Under the pieces are notes generated by a model. It was not told where the DNA came from. It saw only the letters and a list, made by a program, of their open reading frames with translations, and searched no databases. DNA of 64,000 nucleotides, taken from an uncultured Gammaproteobacteria bacterium. Lineage in GTDB: Bacteria > Patescibacteriota > Patescibacteriia > Patescibacteriales > WJLG01. Location: NCBI GenBank assembly GCA_964547855.1, contig CAZJPG010000002.1, positions 41,797 through 105,796 of the forward strand, read 5' to 3'. Below, piece by piece: positions 1-9,810 of this stretch. A program made the position numbers and the translations under genes. Each line of letters begins with the position of its first letter. Within the stretch, counting starts at the first letter, position 1.

Positions 1-32
1 AAATTTTCAAAAAGGAGAGTAATAAAATCACT

Positions 33-1250
33 ATGGCCGAGATAAAACCAACAGCTGAAACATTCGCCAAGATCAAGGTGGTCGGTATAGGCGGTGGCGG
101 TGGCAGTGCTGTGCAAAGAATGGTCGAGAAGGGAATTCGTGGCGTCGAGTTCGTAGCCATCAATACCGATGTCCAGGCTTTGCATTACAACAAGGCTAGC
201 GAGAAATTGCATGTCGGTCGTTCGGTTACCAGAGGACTTGGTGCTGGTATGAATCCAGATCTTGGTCGACAAGCCGCCGAAGAGTCACAGAATGAGGTTA
301 GAGACATCCTAAAAGGCTCTGATATGGTTTTTATAACCGCTGGTTTGGGCGGTGGAACCGGCACAGGAGGAGCCCCAGTGGTGGCCGAGATAGCTCGTGA
401 TCTCGGAGCTTTGACAGTTGCGATAGTGACCAAGCCATTCTCTTTTGAAGGTGGACAAAGGAAGTCTATAGCTGAAAGGGGATTTGCCGAGTTGGCTGAT
501 AAGGTCGATACCATAATAACCATAAACAACGATAAACTTTTACAGTTAATAGATAAAAAAACCTCTCTTTTAGAGGCTTTTGCAGCCGCTGATGATGTCC
601 TTCGTCAGGGTGTGCAAGGTATGGCCGAAATAATAACCATCCCTGGTATTATTAACGTCGACTTTGCTGATGTTAAGGCTGTTATGTCCAATGCTGGATC
701 GGCCTTAATGGGTATTGGCATGGCATCAGGTGAGAACAGGGCTGTTGATGCTGCTAAGGCGGCGATCAATTCTACATTGCTCGATATGTCCATAGATGGC
801 GCACGCGGTATAGTTTTCACTATTACTGGTGGACCGTCTTTAAGCATGTCAGAGGTCAACGAAGCTGCCAAAATTATAACCGCTTCCGCTGATCAGGATG
901 CCAAGATAATATTCGGAGCCATAATAGATGAAAAAATGAAGGACGAGATAAGGATAACAGTGGTCGCTACAGGCTTTGATGGTGACAATCTTGATAATAA
1001 GATCAAGCAGACAGCGGCCTACACTCCAAATCAATTCATCAAGCAGGTCTCAAAGGACGATAAGCCGTCACAGAGCAAACCGTCTTGGTTTGGTGGACAA
1101 CCTAAGAGTAATAAACCAGAAATGGAAGTTGAGGCGATCAAAAAACCAAAGATATCACCGATAAAGATGATCCAAGAAGAGATGCCTCCAGACGATGAAG
1201 ATGATGGCGAGTTGGGCATCCCGGCGTTTATTAGAAAAAAAATGAAATAG
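33..1250 (+). CDS. ftsZ: Cell division protein FtsZ
   Basis: Tubulin signature GGGTGTG, INTD and INVDFADV motifs, C-terminal IPAFIRK peptide. Confidence 0.99.
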   Translation: MAEIKPTAETFAKIKVVGIGGGGGSAVQRMVEKGIRGVEFVAINTDVQALHYNKASEKLHVGRSVTRGLGAGMNPDLGRQAAEESQNEVRDILKGSDMVFITAGLGGGTGTGGAPVVAEIARDLGALTVAIVTKPFSFEGGQRKSIAERGFAELADKVDTIITINNDKLLQLIDKKTSLLEAFAAADDVLRQGVQGMAEIITIPGIINVDFADVKAVMSNAGSALMGIGMASGENRAVDAAKAAINSTLLDMSIDGARGIVFTITGGPSLSMSEVNEAAKIITASADQDAKIIFGAIIDEKMKDEIRITVVATGFDGDNLDNKIKQTAAYTPNQFIKQVSKDDKPSQSKPSWFGGQPKSNKPEMEVEAIKKPKISPIKMIQEEMPPDDEDDGELGIPAFIRKKMK

Positions 1251-1255
1251 CATAT

Positions 1256-1287
1256 AAAAAACGCCACCTTAATAAGTGGTGTTTTTT
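1256..1287 (+). terminator. Intrinsic terminator after ftsZ
   Basis: aaaaaacgccac...gtggtgtttttt hairpin followed by a T run. Confidence 0.7.
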
Positions 1288-1322
1288 CATAATTTTAAAT
1301 TATTGTTTTTTATTAGATTGGT

Positions 1323-2264
1323 ATGAAAATAAGAATAATTCTGACGATAATATTGTTTTCATTGTTTGCCGTGCCATCTTCTGTCTTTGCTAATGATGAG
1401 TATATTGGCGGTGATTTATATTTTACACTGGAAAAAAGCCCCTATTATTTTCAAAAAAGACTTATAATTTCTGGCGGCAGGGTAAAAATAGACAAAGGGG
1501 TGGAATTTCATTTTGGTTCAGATAGTGGCATATGCTTGTCGGATCAACAATGTTTAATTGGAGATTGGTTTTTAGAGGAAGGTATTAAGTCTTGCTCTGT
1601 TAGGTTTATAGAAGATGCTGATATGATCTTTAAGCCAGGTTCATCGCGAGTCGATTTTAAAGTATCGAATCCTGAATCCGGGGAGGTATATTCTTCTGGC
1701 TCCAAAGACGTTCCAACATTAATAATTAGTAAGGAACTGAATTATTTATTGGATTTAGAATCTAATACTGATTTATATAAGGTTGATTTTACTGATCAAA
1801 AAGGCGATCCTTTTGAACAAAAGAATGATGACACAGTAGTGATAGTTGGCGATTCTCCTATGGACAAAGTCGTTGCCAATGAGAATCGGGTCGATTTTGA
1901 TTTTTCATCTTCAAAAAAGGGCTTGATCTTTATTGAGGTGGAGGGTAACGGTGAGGCCTGGTATGTTAATCCGATCGATCTTAAAAAGTATTATTTAGGC
2001 AGGCCAGATGACGCCTTTAATATAATGAGATCCCTTGGTTTGGGCGTTAAGCATGAGATAATAGAGAAAGGAGTCATGCCAGATCGTCTCTCTGGTAGAA
2101 TATTGATAGATGTCGAGGATTTAGGCAAGGCTTACTATGTCGATCCGGAAACAAAAAAGGCCCGCTATTTAGGCAGGCCAAGTGATGCTTTTAAGCTGAT
2201 GAGAGAAGTTGGTATCGGTATAAAAGGAGAAGATATTAAAAAGATAGCGACAGGAAGGATTTAA
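1323..2264 (+). CDS. Secreted protein with two C-terminal GEAWY/YLGRP repeats
   Basis: Signal peptide; two copies of the motif I.I.VE..G.A[WY]YV.P...K..YLGRP.DAF..MR..G.G, also present in 43767..45191. Confidence 0.8.
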   Translation: MKIRIILTIILFSLFAVPSSVFANDEYIGGDLYFTLEKSPYYFQKRLIISGGRVKIDKGVEFHFGSDSGICLSDQQCLIGDWFLEEGIKSCSVRFIEDADMIFKPGSSRVDFKVSNPESGEVYSSGSKDVPTLIISKELNYLLDLESNTDLYKVDFTDQKGDPFEQKNDDTVVIVGDSPMDKVVANENRVDFDFSSSKKGLIFIEVEGNGEAWYVNPIDLKKYYLGRPDDAFNIMRSLGLGVKHEIIEKGVMPDRLSGRILIDVEDLGKAYYVDPETKKARYLGRPSDAFKLMREVGIGIKGEDIKKIATGRI

Positions 2265-3222
2265 GTGAAAAATCCTTCTTTTTATTTTTTTTGATCTTCA
2301 ACTCCTTTTTGCCGGTGAATATTTTGTAGGCATCCTCGACAGAATAGTCATAAAGAGTCACGGCAGATACGGCATTGGCCATTCTAATCGATTCTTCTAG
2401 TTTTCTTTGGTATATGTTGCGTCCTATGGCCACCCCGTTGGTGCCTGATACGTGTATTTGGTTGTGTAATTGTTGAAGGAATTTTTTCTCTGACATTTTC
2501 GATCCGCCGATGCAGATAACGCCGGTGCGCCCAGCCGCAGTCGATACTTCCTTGAATTTTTTAGCGGTTTCTAAGGTCGGGTTCTTGTATGGGTAGGCTA
2601 TTTTAACGAAGTCGGCGCCAAGACATACGGCTACACCAGCCCCTCCGGCAAGTAGATGGATATCCTCTTCGTTCTTTACTGATTTTCCTCTGGCATACAT
2701 CCAGATAACGGCAAGGAGACCTTCTTGATGAGCCTTGTGGACTATGCGGGCTGCCTGACCGAATGATTCTGACTCAAAAGCACTGCCTATATAGACCGTG
2801 TATCCTACGCCAACGACATTCAATCCAGAGTTCTTTTTAAAATTGACTATGTCGGCCATGGGTAGCCAGCGGTTGGAGAACGGATCCCTATCTTCTCTTT
2901 TTATAAGATTGGTTTTGGAGTTGATTTTGACCACTAACGGGATATCTCCGCAAAGATCTCCGTATTTGGCTATTAAGCCGGCTTGAGCGGCCATGACGCC
3001 GATCTCCGATCTTTTTGCTATCTCAAAATAATGTTTAGGGTCGGCGACTTCTTTTGGTATTTCTGGTCCAACAAAATCATCGTTGAGGTGCTCAACTTTT
3101 TGGTCGCAGGCGAACATCATTAGTTTTCCAGTTCCTTTTGTGGCTGTTTCCCAATTTTTAAGATATTCGGCTTGCTTTTCGGCTGGCACATCGGCCGGAA
3201 CAAATGTCTTTGGCATAAACAT
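2236..3222 (-). CDS. fbaB: Class I (DhnA/FbaB-type) fructose-bisphosphate aldolase; start may be 3216
   Basis: ACDQKVEH, GYTVYIGS, IWMYARG, LGADFVK (Schiff-base Lys) and GRNIYQ motifs. Confidence 0.9.
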   Translation of the reverse strand: MFMPKTFVPADVPAEKQAEYLKNWETATKGTGKLMMFACDQKVEHLNDDFVGPEIPKEVADPKHYFEIAKRSEIGVMAAQAGLIAKYGDLCGDIPLVVKINSKTNLIKREDRDPFSNRWLPMADIVNFKKNSGLNVVGVGYTVYIGSAFESESFGQAARIVHKAHQEGLLAVIWMYARGKSVKNEEDIHLLAGGAGVAVCLGADFVKIAYPYKNPTLETAKKFKEVSTAAGRTGVICIGGSKMSEKKFLQQLHNQIHVSGTNGVAIGRNIYQRKLEESIRMANAVSAVTLYDYSVEDAYKIFTGKKELKIKKNKKKDFSLKSFLSLSF

Positions 3223-3283
3223 TTTACTGTGTTAAAATATTACTATCGAAATTATAACATATTATTACCGTTAAGCCAAAATC

Positions 3284-4879
3284 ATGAAAATCAGTAAGCC
3301 AGTGGTAATGGTCATCCTTGATGGATGGGGAGAATGGGATATAGATAAGGGCAACCCCCTCAAGAAGGCTAAGATGCCGACAATCGAGCGTTTGAATTCT
3401 CACTACCCAAAAACATACCTTCAGGCCTCTGGAATGGCTGTGGGATTGCCTTGGGGTGTGCGTGGTAATTCAGAGGTCGGACACCAAACAATAGGCTCAG
3501 GGCAAATCATCTTTCAATATCTACCAACTATAACCACTGCCATCGGTGAGGGGTCTTTTTTTAAGAATAAGGCGTTGCTTTCGTCGTTCGACTGGGTCAG
3601 AGAGAATAATTCAGATCTGCATGTAGTCGGCCTTCTTTCCGATGGAGCTGTCCATTCTCATATAGACCATCTTTTTGCCTTTTTGGAAATGGCTAGAAAT
3701 AACAACGTAAGAGATGTTTTTGTTCACGTTGTTACAGATGGTCGTGATACCCATCCGCAGAGCGCTCGTAATTTTTTGGCCATGCTAAAAAAGAAAATAG
3801 AGGAGATCGGTATTGGTAAGATAGCTTCGATCAGCGGTCGTTATTATGCGATGGATAGAAACAATAACTGGGATAGAACTAAAAAGGCTTTTTTGGCTAT
3901 GACAGCCGGAGAGGGTATTAAGGCCTTGGACACTGACTCGGCTCTAGACGAGCAATACGCCAAAAATGTCTTTGATGAGTATTTAGAGCCTGTAGTTATG
4001 GTAGATGAGGCTGATAAGCCTATAGGGCTAGTCAAGGACAACGATGCTTTGGTGTGCTTCAATTTTAGAAAAGATCGTTCGCGTCAAATAGTTAAGGCTT
4101 TCGTCATGGACGATATTTATGAACTTAGAGATGTCGTGAAGCCTAAGAATATAAAATGCGTCTGTTTTACACAATACGAAGAAGGATTGCCGGTGGAGAT
4201 CGCTTTTGCGCCACAGGAGATAACAGTTAGGCTTGGTGAAGTATTGTCAAAGAATTGGAAGCGTCAGCTGAGAATAGCTGAAACCGAGAAATATGCTCAT
4301 GTGACCTATTTTTTCAATGGTGGAGCAGAACAGCCGTTTTTCTATGAGGATAGAATATTAGTGCCTTCCAAAAAAGTGAGGTCTTATGCGGAGATACCTG
4401 AGATGAGTGCGGCTGAAGTGACCGATAAGCTGGTTGAGGCTATCGAGAAGCATAGTTACGATTTTATCTTGGTGAATTATGCGAATTCAGACATGGTCGG
4501 CCATACCGGCGACCTTAAGGCTGGAATAAAGGCAGTTGAGTTCGTAGATTCTTGTTTGGACCGAGTGATTGAGGCGACCGTTAAAAAGGGCGGTCAATTA
4601 TTGATAACCGCCGATCACGGCAATATAGAGGAGATGGTCAATATATATACAGGAGAGCCTGATACGCAGCACTCTAAAAACCCAGTCCCATGCTGGCATG
4701 TTAGTGTCGATGGGTTTATAGAGAGAAAAGACGACATAGAAGAGAAGATAGAGGCTCAAGGCATGTTAGTCGATTTAGCCCCCACGGTCTTGGAGATATT
4801 AGGAATAGACAAACCAGATGGAATGATGGGGCATAGTCTACTTGGACAATTAGCACCTATATTCAATGACGATATATAA
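3284..4879 (+). CDS. gpmI: 2,3-bisphosphoglycerate-independent phosphoglycerate mutase
   Basis: ILDGWG, GNSEVGH, DGRD, ETEKYAHVT, DMVGHTG and TADHGN motifs. Confidence 0.98.
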   Translation: MKISKPVVMVILDGWGEWDIDKGNPLKKAKMPTIERLNSHYPKTYLQASGMAVGLPWGVRGNSEVGHQTIGSGQIIFQYLPTITTAIGEGSFFKNKALLSSFDWVRENNSDLHVVGLLSDGAVHSHIDHLFAFLEMARNNNVRDVFVHVVTDGRDTHPQSARNFLAMLKKKIEEIGIGKIASISGRYYAMDRNNNWDRTKKAFLAMTAGEGIKALDTDSALDEQYAKNVFDEYLEPVVMVDEADKPIGLVKDNDALVCFNFRKDRSRQIVKAFVMDDIYELRDVVKPKNIKCVCFTQYEEGLPVEIAFAPQEITVRLGEVLSKNWKRQLRIAETEKYAHVTYFFNGGAEQPFFYEDRILVPSKKVRSYAEIPEMSAAEVTDKLVEAIEKHSYDFILVNYANSDMVGHTGDLKAGIKAVEFVDSCLDRVIEATVKKGGQLLITADHGNIEEMVNIYTGEPDTQHSKNPVPCWHVSVDGFIERKDDIEEKIEAQGMLVDLAPTVLEILGIDKPDGMMGHSLLGQLAPIFNDDI

Positions 4880-4910
4880 AAATTCCGGGGTTTTATCCCG
4901 GAATTTTTAT

Positions 4911-5087
4911 TTATTCTTCTACGTAGATCGCCTCGACTGGGCATTGGTCTGCGGCCGATAGCGCGCATTCTTTGTTCTCTCCAATGACCTCTGATTTTCC
5001 TTCCGCATTCAAGCGAAAAGTGTCAGGGCAGACTTCAGTGCAACGACCGCAGCCGATGCATTTGTTGTGATCAACTTTGATAACCAT
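4911..5087 (-). CDS. Single-cluster ferredoxin (58 aa; start moved to MVIKVD)
   Basis: CIGCGRC..VCP plus distal CPVEAI; the longer ORF call overlaps the rplJ promoter. Confidence 0.9.
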   Translation of the reverse strand: MVIKVDHNKCIGCGRCTEVCPDTFRLNAEGKSEVIGENKECALSAADQCPVEAIYVEE

Positions 5088-5181
5088 AATATTGTTGGCC
5101 TTTTTGGGATTTTTCTTCCCCCGCGGCGTTATTATTTCCAAGGTTGAATTATAGCATAAAACAGGGGTAGAGGAAAAGGTC

Positions 5182-5212
5182 TTGACATATAGTTTAATTA
5201 TGCTATTATAAC
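5182..5212 (+). promoter_or_regulatory. Sigma70-type promoter for rplJL
   Basis: TTGACA ... TGCTATTAT just upstream of the L10 leader. Confidence 0.6.
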
Positions 5213-5227
5213 CGTACAACCAATGAG

Positions 5228-5340
5228 CCATAGACAGCAGGCATAGCCTAATAAGGCTTTATAAGTCCCGCCGAGGCAAAATCAAGCGTTACACGCTTTT
5301 TATTTGCTATCTGTGGTCATATTGCCAGAGATTTTTTTAT
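5228..5340 (+). ncRNA. Ribosomal protein L10 leader (cis-regulatory RNA)
   Basis: ccatagacagcagg...cccgccgagg kink-turn-like pattern directly upstream of rplJ. Confidence 0.8.
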
Positions 5341-5360
5341 TTTAAGATAATAAGTAGAAT

Positions 5361-5894
5361 ATGCCTAAAACAAAAGAGCAAAAAAAGGCTATTCTCGAGG
5401 ATTTGGCCGACAAGGTGTCGCGCTCTAAATCAGTCGTTTTTACCAAGTTCGAGAAATTGAACGTAGGCGAGAACGAGGATTTGCGCAGACGCTTAAAGGC
5501 TGAAGGCAGCGAATATTTCGTTACCAAAAAGACCTTGCTTGGCTTGACTTTCAAAGATAGTCATCCAGATGTGGACTTTAAGGGTTTTGACGGAAAAGTC
5601 GCCGCTATCTTCGGTTTCAACGACGAAGTGGCTCCGGCCAAGGTCGTCGATGATTTCAAGAAAGGCTTAGAAGAAGAGAAGATCTTCTTCTTGGGCGGTA
5701 TCCTTGAGAATAGGTTCATCTCCAAAGAGGAGGTGGAGAGTCTGGCTAAACTTCCTTCTAAACAGGAGCTTTATGCCAAGTTGGTCGGCAGCTTGAATTC
5801 CCCGGTTTCCGGGTTCGTCAATGTGTTGGCTGGCAATTTGCGTGGTTTGGTCTCTGCCTTGAAGGCTGTGGCCGATAAGAAAGCGCAATCTTAA
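5361..5894 (+). CDS. rplJ: 50S ribosomal protein L10
   Basis: VTKKTL and LAKLPSKQEL motifs; adjacent to rplL. Confidence 0.97.
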   Translation: MPKTKEQKKAILEDLADKVSRSKSVVFTKFEKLNVGENEDLRRRLKAEGSEYFVTKKTLLGLTFKDSHPDVDFKGFDGKVAAIFGFNDEVAPAKVVDDFKKGLEEEKIFFLGGILENRFISKEEVESLAKLPSKQELYAKLVGSLNSPVSGFVNVLAGNLRGLVSALKAVADKKAQS

Positions 5895-5924
5895 TTTAAA
5901 TCATAATTTTTTAAATCAAAAACT

Positions 5925-6323
5925 ATGGAAGAACAGAAGAACGTTGAGGTCCCAGCCAAATTCGAAAAATTGGTTAAGGAGATCGAAACTATGAGTGTTT
6001 TGGATCTGGCCGAGTTGGTCAAGGTCCTCGAGGATAAATTCGGCGTTTCCGCCTCTGCCCCAGTCATGGCTGTTGCCGCTGCTGGTGCCGCTGCTCCGGC
6101 CGCTGAAGAGAAGGACAGCTTCGACATCGAATTGACCGATGCTGGCGCTAACAAGATTAACGTCATTAAGGTCGTTCGCACCATCACTACTCTTGGTCTT
6201 AAAGAGGCTAAGGATTTGGTCGACGGCGCCCCTAAGGTCGTTAAGGAGGGTGCTAAGAAGGATGAGGCTGAGGCTATCAAGAAACAGCTTGAGGAGGCTG
6301 GTGCTAAGGTCACTTTGAAGTAA
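5925..6323 (+). CDS. rplL: 50S ribosomal protein L7/L12
   Basis: KFGVSA, Ala-rich hinge, [14 protein letters not shown]. Confidence 0.99.
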   Translation: MEEQKNVEVPAKFEKLVKEIETMSVLDLAELVKVLEDKFGVSASAPVMAVAAAGAAAPAAEEKDSFDIELTDAGANKINVIKVVRTITTLGLKEAKDLVDGAPKVVKEGAKKDEAEAIKKQLEEAGAKVTLK

Positions 6324-6326
6324 TAT

Positions 6327-6380
6327 TCTCTATATAAAAAAATCGCTCCGTTTTTACGGAGCGATTTTTTTATATAGAGA
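6327..6380. terminator. Bidirectional terminator (perfect 25-bp inverted repeat)
   Basis: tctctatataaaaaaatcgctccgt / acggagcgatttttttatatagaga between convergent genes. Confidence 0.85.
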
Positions 6381-6388
6381 TTCATTTT

Positions 6389-8653
6389 TTACTCAAGTTT
6401 GGCTTGGTAAACTTCTTGTCCTGAAAGTATGAAAGCTTGATTGTCGGCGTCTGAGACGGTTATATCTGTTATAGCCTCTGGCTGTGAGAATTTATATTGG
6501 TTGACTAATTTACCCTTTAGATCGAATTTAATTAGCCTTTTTGAGGAAAGTTCAAGGACGTAAATGGCATTTTCCCCAACTATTAATTTCGAGGCTTGTG
6601 TCACAGGTTCGTCTACTGCTTCTAAAGCAAAGACCTCTTTTTCGCCTTTAAGATATTTATCCACTGTCCCGTCGGACTTAAGAACATATATATTGCCATC
6701 TATGAAAATGTCAGTGGCTAGGGAAAGGTCGGTTTTATTATTGAGCCATTCCTGTGGCGACGAAAATTCATCACCTATTTTAGAATAGCGCCAAATCTGC
6801 CCACTTGTCTTATCCGACAAATAAAGTCTTCCGCCGTACATGCCAAGACCTCCTATGTTTTCTGGCGGATTTTGTATAGTAACTTTTTGAAACTCGCTTT
6901 TTTCCCCGACAAGTATAACGGCCCCATCATCAAGATAGGCGATGCCATCAGGCGAAGGCGATGGGTGGTCCATTTTCTTTAACTCGCTTAAATTATAAGA
7001 AGCGGTTACTAAATTGTCTTTGATATCGACTTTATAGATCGCTTTTTCCGGGGCGGCCGCTGCGTATAGTTTTCCATTCAAAAAGGTTATATTTTCAGGT
7101 TTTGCGTCTTGGTTTAACTTGGAGAAGTCGGCTATTTTTTCAACATTCGATATGTCTTTTATCTTGCGCAATTTAGCTAATTGTTCATCCTGTCTTTCAA
7201 ATAAAGAACTGACATCGCTCCTAATGGCTTTTTCTTCCTCTGGTATTTGACCAAGCAAAGATTTGTTGTCGTCCCATAGTTTTTTGGCTTCACTGTTATT
7301 GTCGTATATCAAGAATGAGTCTACTTTATCTTGGTTCCTGTTTATTTCCGATATTAAAGAATTAAAGGAGGCCTGATGTTGCTCTTGTTCGTGCTTTTTT
7401 TGAGATATGAACACGTTACCTATTAATAGGATAACAAGTAAGGCGGCCGCTGACAGGAATATCTTTGGCCACTTGCTAGTCTTTGAGCTTGTCGTTCCGT
7501 CATTGTTTGCTCCAGTGTCGTCGATGCTGTCCATGTTTCGTTTTTTTGAAAAGACGCCAAAACCGATTTTGAAGAAGATGATCCCGATTTTTTTGAAAAA
7601 TACCAATAGTTTTTCCAACGACAATGCAGGAACTCTCTTTTTCATCAAGATCTTATCTTTAAGCATGAATAGCTTTCCTGCCTTTTTATTTGTCGATACC
7701 GGGATTGGAGCGGACGTTTTGTTTTTGGAGGAGATTTTATTAGTTATGGCCTTGACCCATTTTTTTAGGTTTATGGTTCCGGCTGGGGTCATAATAGCCT
7801 CTGTCTGTTCTTCGGTCGATACTATCTCTGGTTTATAATCCCAATTCTTTATCTCTCTGTCTATTTGTTTTTTAAGTTCATCACTGCTCCAGGAGGTGGA
7901 TGAGGTATTTTTAACGATAACGCCCAAGAACGATACATAGGAATTTATCTTTTCTAAGATATTCCTTATCTGTTCTACGGATCCGGTCGGGGATAGGCGA
8001 GTGGTTATGTCTATTAGCTGTTTGCCTGAGATATATTCGGAAAGCGCTTCATTTATGACAAGGAAATACCCGCCAGGCGGTATTTTTCCACTCATAACCT
8101 CGGAAAATAGCTTGTCCATGGTTACGGCACTATTGTCTTCTTCTGGAGCTTTGCCTATGTCGGTTAATTTATACTCTATTTTTTCAAGCGGTTCGCTTTT
8201 GCCTTTCAGTGATTTGGTCGTTACTTTTTCTTTATGCAATAACAAGCATTTATTTTTACCTATGTTGGTAAAATATAGTTCGTTATTATGAAGAAGACAG
8301 GCGGTTATGTTTATCGAATAGGGGCTTGTCTTTATTTTTTCTTTATCCAAGAATTCGATCAAGTCTTTATTCGTCTTGGAAAGAGCTCCCTCGAAGATGC
8401 TCTCGACAGATATGGTGTCTATCTTTTCTCTTAATATGACTTTTTCGTTTTGGTAGTAGTTGTAGTTTAAGTTGTTTATCAAGAAGTCCAGTAACTTGGC
8501 CGATTCATTTTTTTGAGATTCTATCTCCGCTAAAACAAAAATTTTTCCAACCAAAGCTTCTTTGGCGGAATCTGGTTGGGCTATGAAGATGTCGGCTATG
8601 GAGTTGTTCTTCTGCCCACTATTGAGTACTAATGACGCTATTTTGTAATACAT
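6389..8653 (-). CDS. Single-pass membrane protein: PP2C-like (probably degenerate) N-terminus, coiled coil, C-terminal NHL-like beta-propeller
   Basis: One TM near aa 400; repeated YxxD...I.K/R beta-blade pattern; the PP2C-like fold is inferred from the LYFTNIG..CLLL pattern. Confidence 0.65.
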   Translation of the reverse strand: MYYKIASLVLNSGQKNNSIADIFIAQPDSAKEALVGKIFVLAEIESQKNESAKLLDFLINNLNYNYYQNEKVILREKIDTISVESIFEGALSKTNKDLIEFLDKEKIKTSPYSINITACLLHNNELYFTNIGKNKCLLLHKEKVTTKSLKGKSEPLEKIEYKLTDIGKAPEEDNSAVTMDKLFSEVMSGKIPPGGYFLVINEALSEYISGKQLIDITTRLSPTGSVEQIRNILEKINSYVSFLGVIVKNTSSTSWSSDELKKQIDREIKNWDYKPEIVSTEEQTEAIMTPAGTINLKKWVKAITNKISSKNKTSAPIPVSTNKKAGKLFMLKDKILMKKRVPALSLEKLLVFFKKIGIIFFKIGFGVFSKKRNMDSIDDTGANNDGTTSSKTSKWPKIFLSAAALLVILLIGNVFISQKKHEQEQHQASFNSLISEINRNQDKVDSFLIYDNNSEAKKLWDDNKSLLGQIPEEEKAIRSDVSSLFERQDEQLAKLRKIKDISNVEKIADFSKLNQDAKPENITFLNGKLYAAAAPEKAIYKVDIKDNLVTASYNLSELKKMDHPSPSPDGIAYLDDGAVILVGEKSEFQKVTIQNPPENIGGLGMYGGRLYLSDKTSGQIWRYSKIGDEFSSPQEWLNNKTDLSLATDIFIDGNIYVLKSDGTVDKYLKGEKEVFALEAVDEPVTQASKLIVGENAIYVLELSSKRLIKFDLKGKLVNQYKFSQPEAITDITVSDADNQAFILSGQEVYQAKLE

Positions 8654-8772
8654 CTTGCCTGCAAAAACAATTGGCCGTTTGACGGTCTTTTTACTATTAT
8701 ATTATACTATAAAAGAAGCTTTAGGTTAATAGCATGTATTTAATGGCCACCAAAGCTTGATTTTAAACCACT

Positions 8773-9372
8773 ATGCTTTCTAAATTATTCGGTTCGAACG
8801 CCAGGGTCAAAATATTGAAACAGTTCTTATTTAACCCTGATGGAAGATATTACATCAGACAGCTAGCCAGAGACCTTTCCTTGCAAGTTAACTCTGTGCG
8901 CAGGGAATTAGACAATTTAGAGGACTTCGGCCTATTAAGAACGGAGACTGCCGCCGATAAGGAAGAGGGGCAAAACGATAAAGTCGGGCAGGAGAAGAAG
9001 TATTACAGAGTGAACAAAAATTTTGCACTGTTCGAGGATATCAAAGCCTTAGTCGCTAAATCACAAATTCTTTATAAGGATGATTTAGTTAAAAATCTTG
9101 CTAAATTAGGCAATATTAAGCTTTTATTATTGACTGGCATCTTCGTCAACAAGTTTAATTCCCCAATAGATATACTCATGGTCGGTAGGGTCAACAAGGA
9201 TAAATTGGTCAAGACCATTAAAGACTTGGAGCTTGATTTGGGTAGAGAGGTCAACTATACGATCATGGATGCGGCAGAGTTTAAGTATCGTCGAGACATA
9301 ACAGATATTTTTCTTTACGACATACTTGAGGGAGAGAAGATCGTTGTTATTGACGAAATTGGAATTTCATAG
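8773..9372 (+). CDS. Winged-HTH protein with C-terminal nucleotidyltransferase-like domain
   Basis: YYIRQLAR...NSVRRELDNL...GLL HTH; LTGIF...IDILMVG resembles a degenerate minimal NTase motif. Confidence 0.75.
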   Translation: MLSKLFGSNARVKILKQFLFNPDGRYYIRQLARDLSLQVNSVRRELDNLEDFGLLRTETAADKEEGQNDKVGQEKKYYRVNKNFALFEDIKALVAKSQILYKDDLVKNLAKLGNIKLLLLTGIFVNKFNSPIDILMVGRVNKDKLVKTIKDLELDLGREVNYTIMDAAEFKYRRDITDIFLYDILEGEKIVVIDEIGIS

Positions 9373-9512
9373 CTTTTGTTTTTTCCACAGACCAGAACAA
9401 AAAAAGTCATTGACTATTTAGCCTAGTATTGGTATCATATTCTATTATCCATTTTTAATTCCACCCCCGAAGAAGAGGGAGGGAATTAATTTTTTTTCCG
9501 AAAGAAAAAGGT

Positions 9513-9809
9513 ATGGATGACAAAAAAAACAACAAAAAAAGGGAATTCAGGGCTTTTGCTCTGACGACTTCATTATATGGAGGAGCTTCCATTTTGGGTC
9601 CCTTATTGATATTGGGAGGTGGTGGATATGTCTTAGACAGGATTTTTCATTCCGGCCGCCTCTTTTTTATTTGCGGAATCGCTTCAGCTTTCATTGTTAC
9701 CAATGTTTTGTTGTATAAAAGAGCTGCCAAGATAACTCAAGAGATATCAAGGTTGTCCACTCCACCCAAGGTCGACGATCCTGATGTTAGTGAGGAGACA
9801 ATAAAATAG
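9513..9809 (+). CDS. AtpZ/AtpI-family small membrane protein
   Basis: Two TM segments with GGYVLDR; first gene of the atp operon. Confidence 0.75.
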   Translation: MDDKKNNKKREFRAFALTTSLYGGASILGPLLILGGGGYVLDRIFHSGRLFFICGIASAFIVTNVLLYKRAAKITQEISRLSTPPKVDDPDVSEETIK

Positions 9810-9810
9810 C

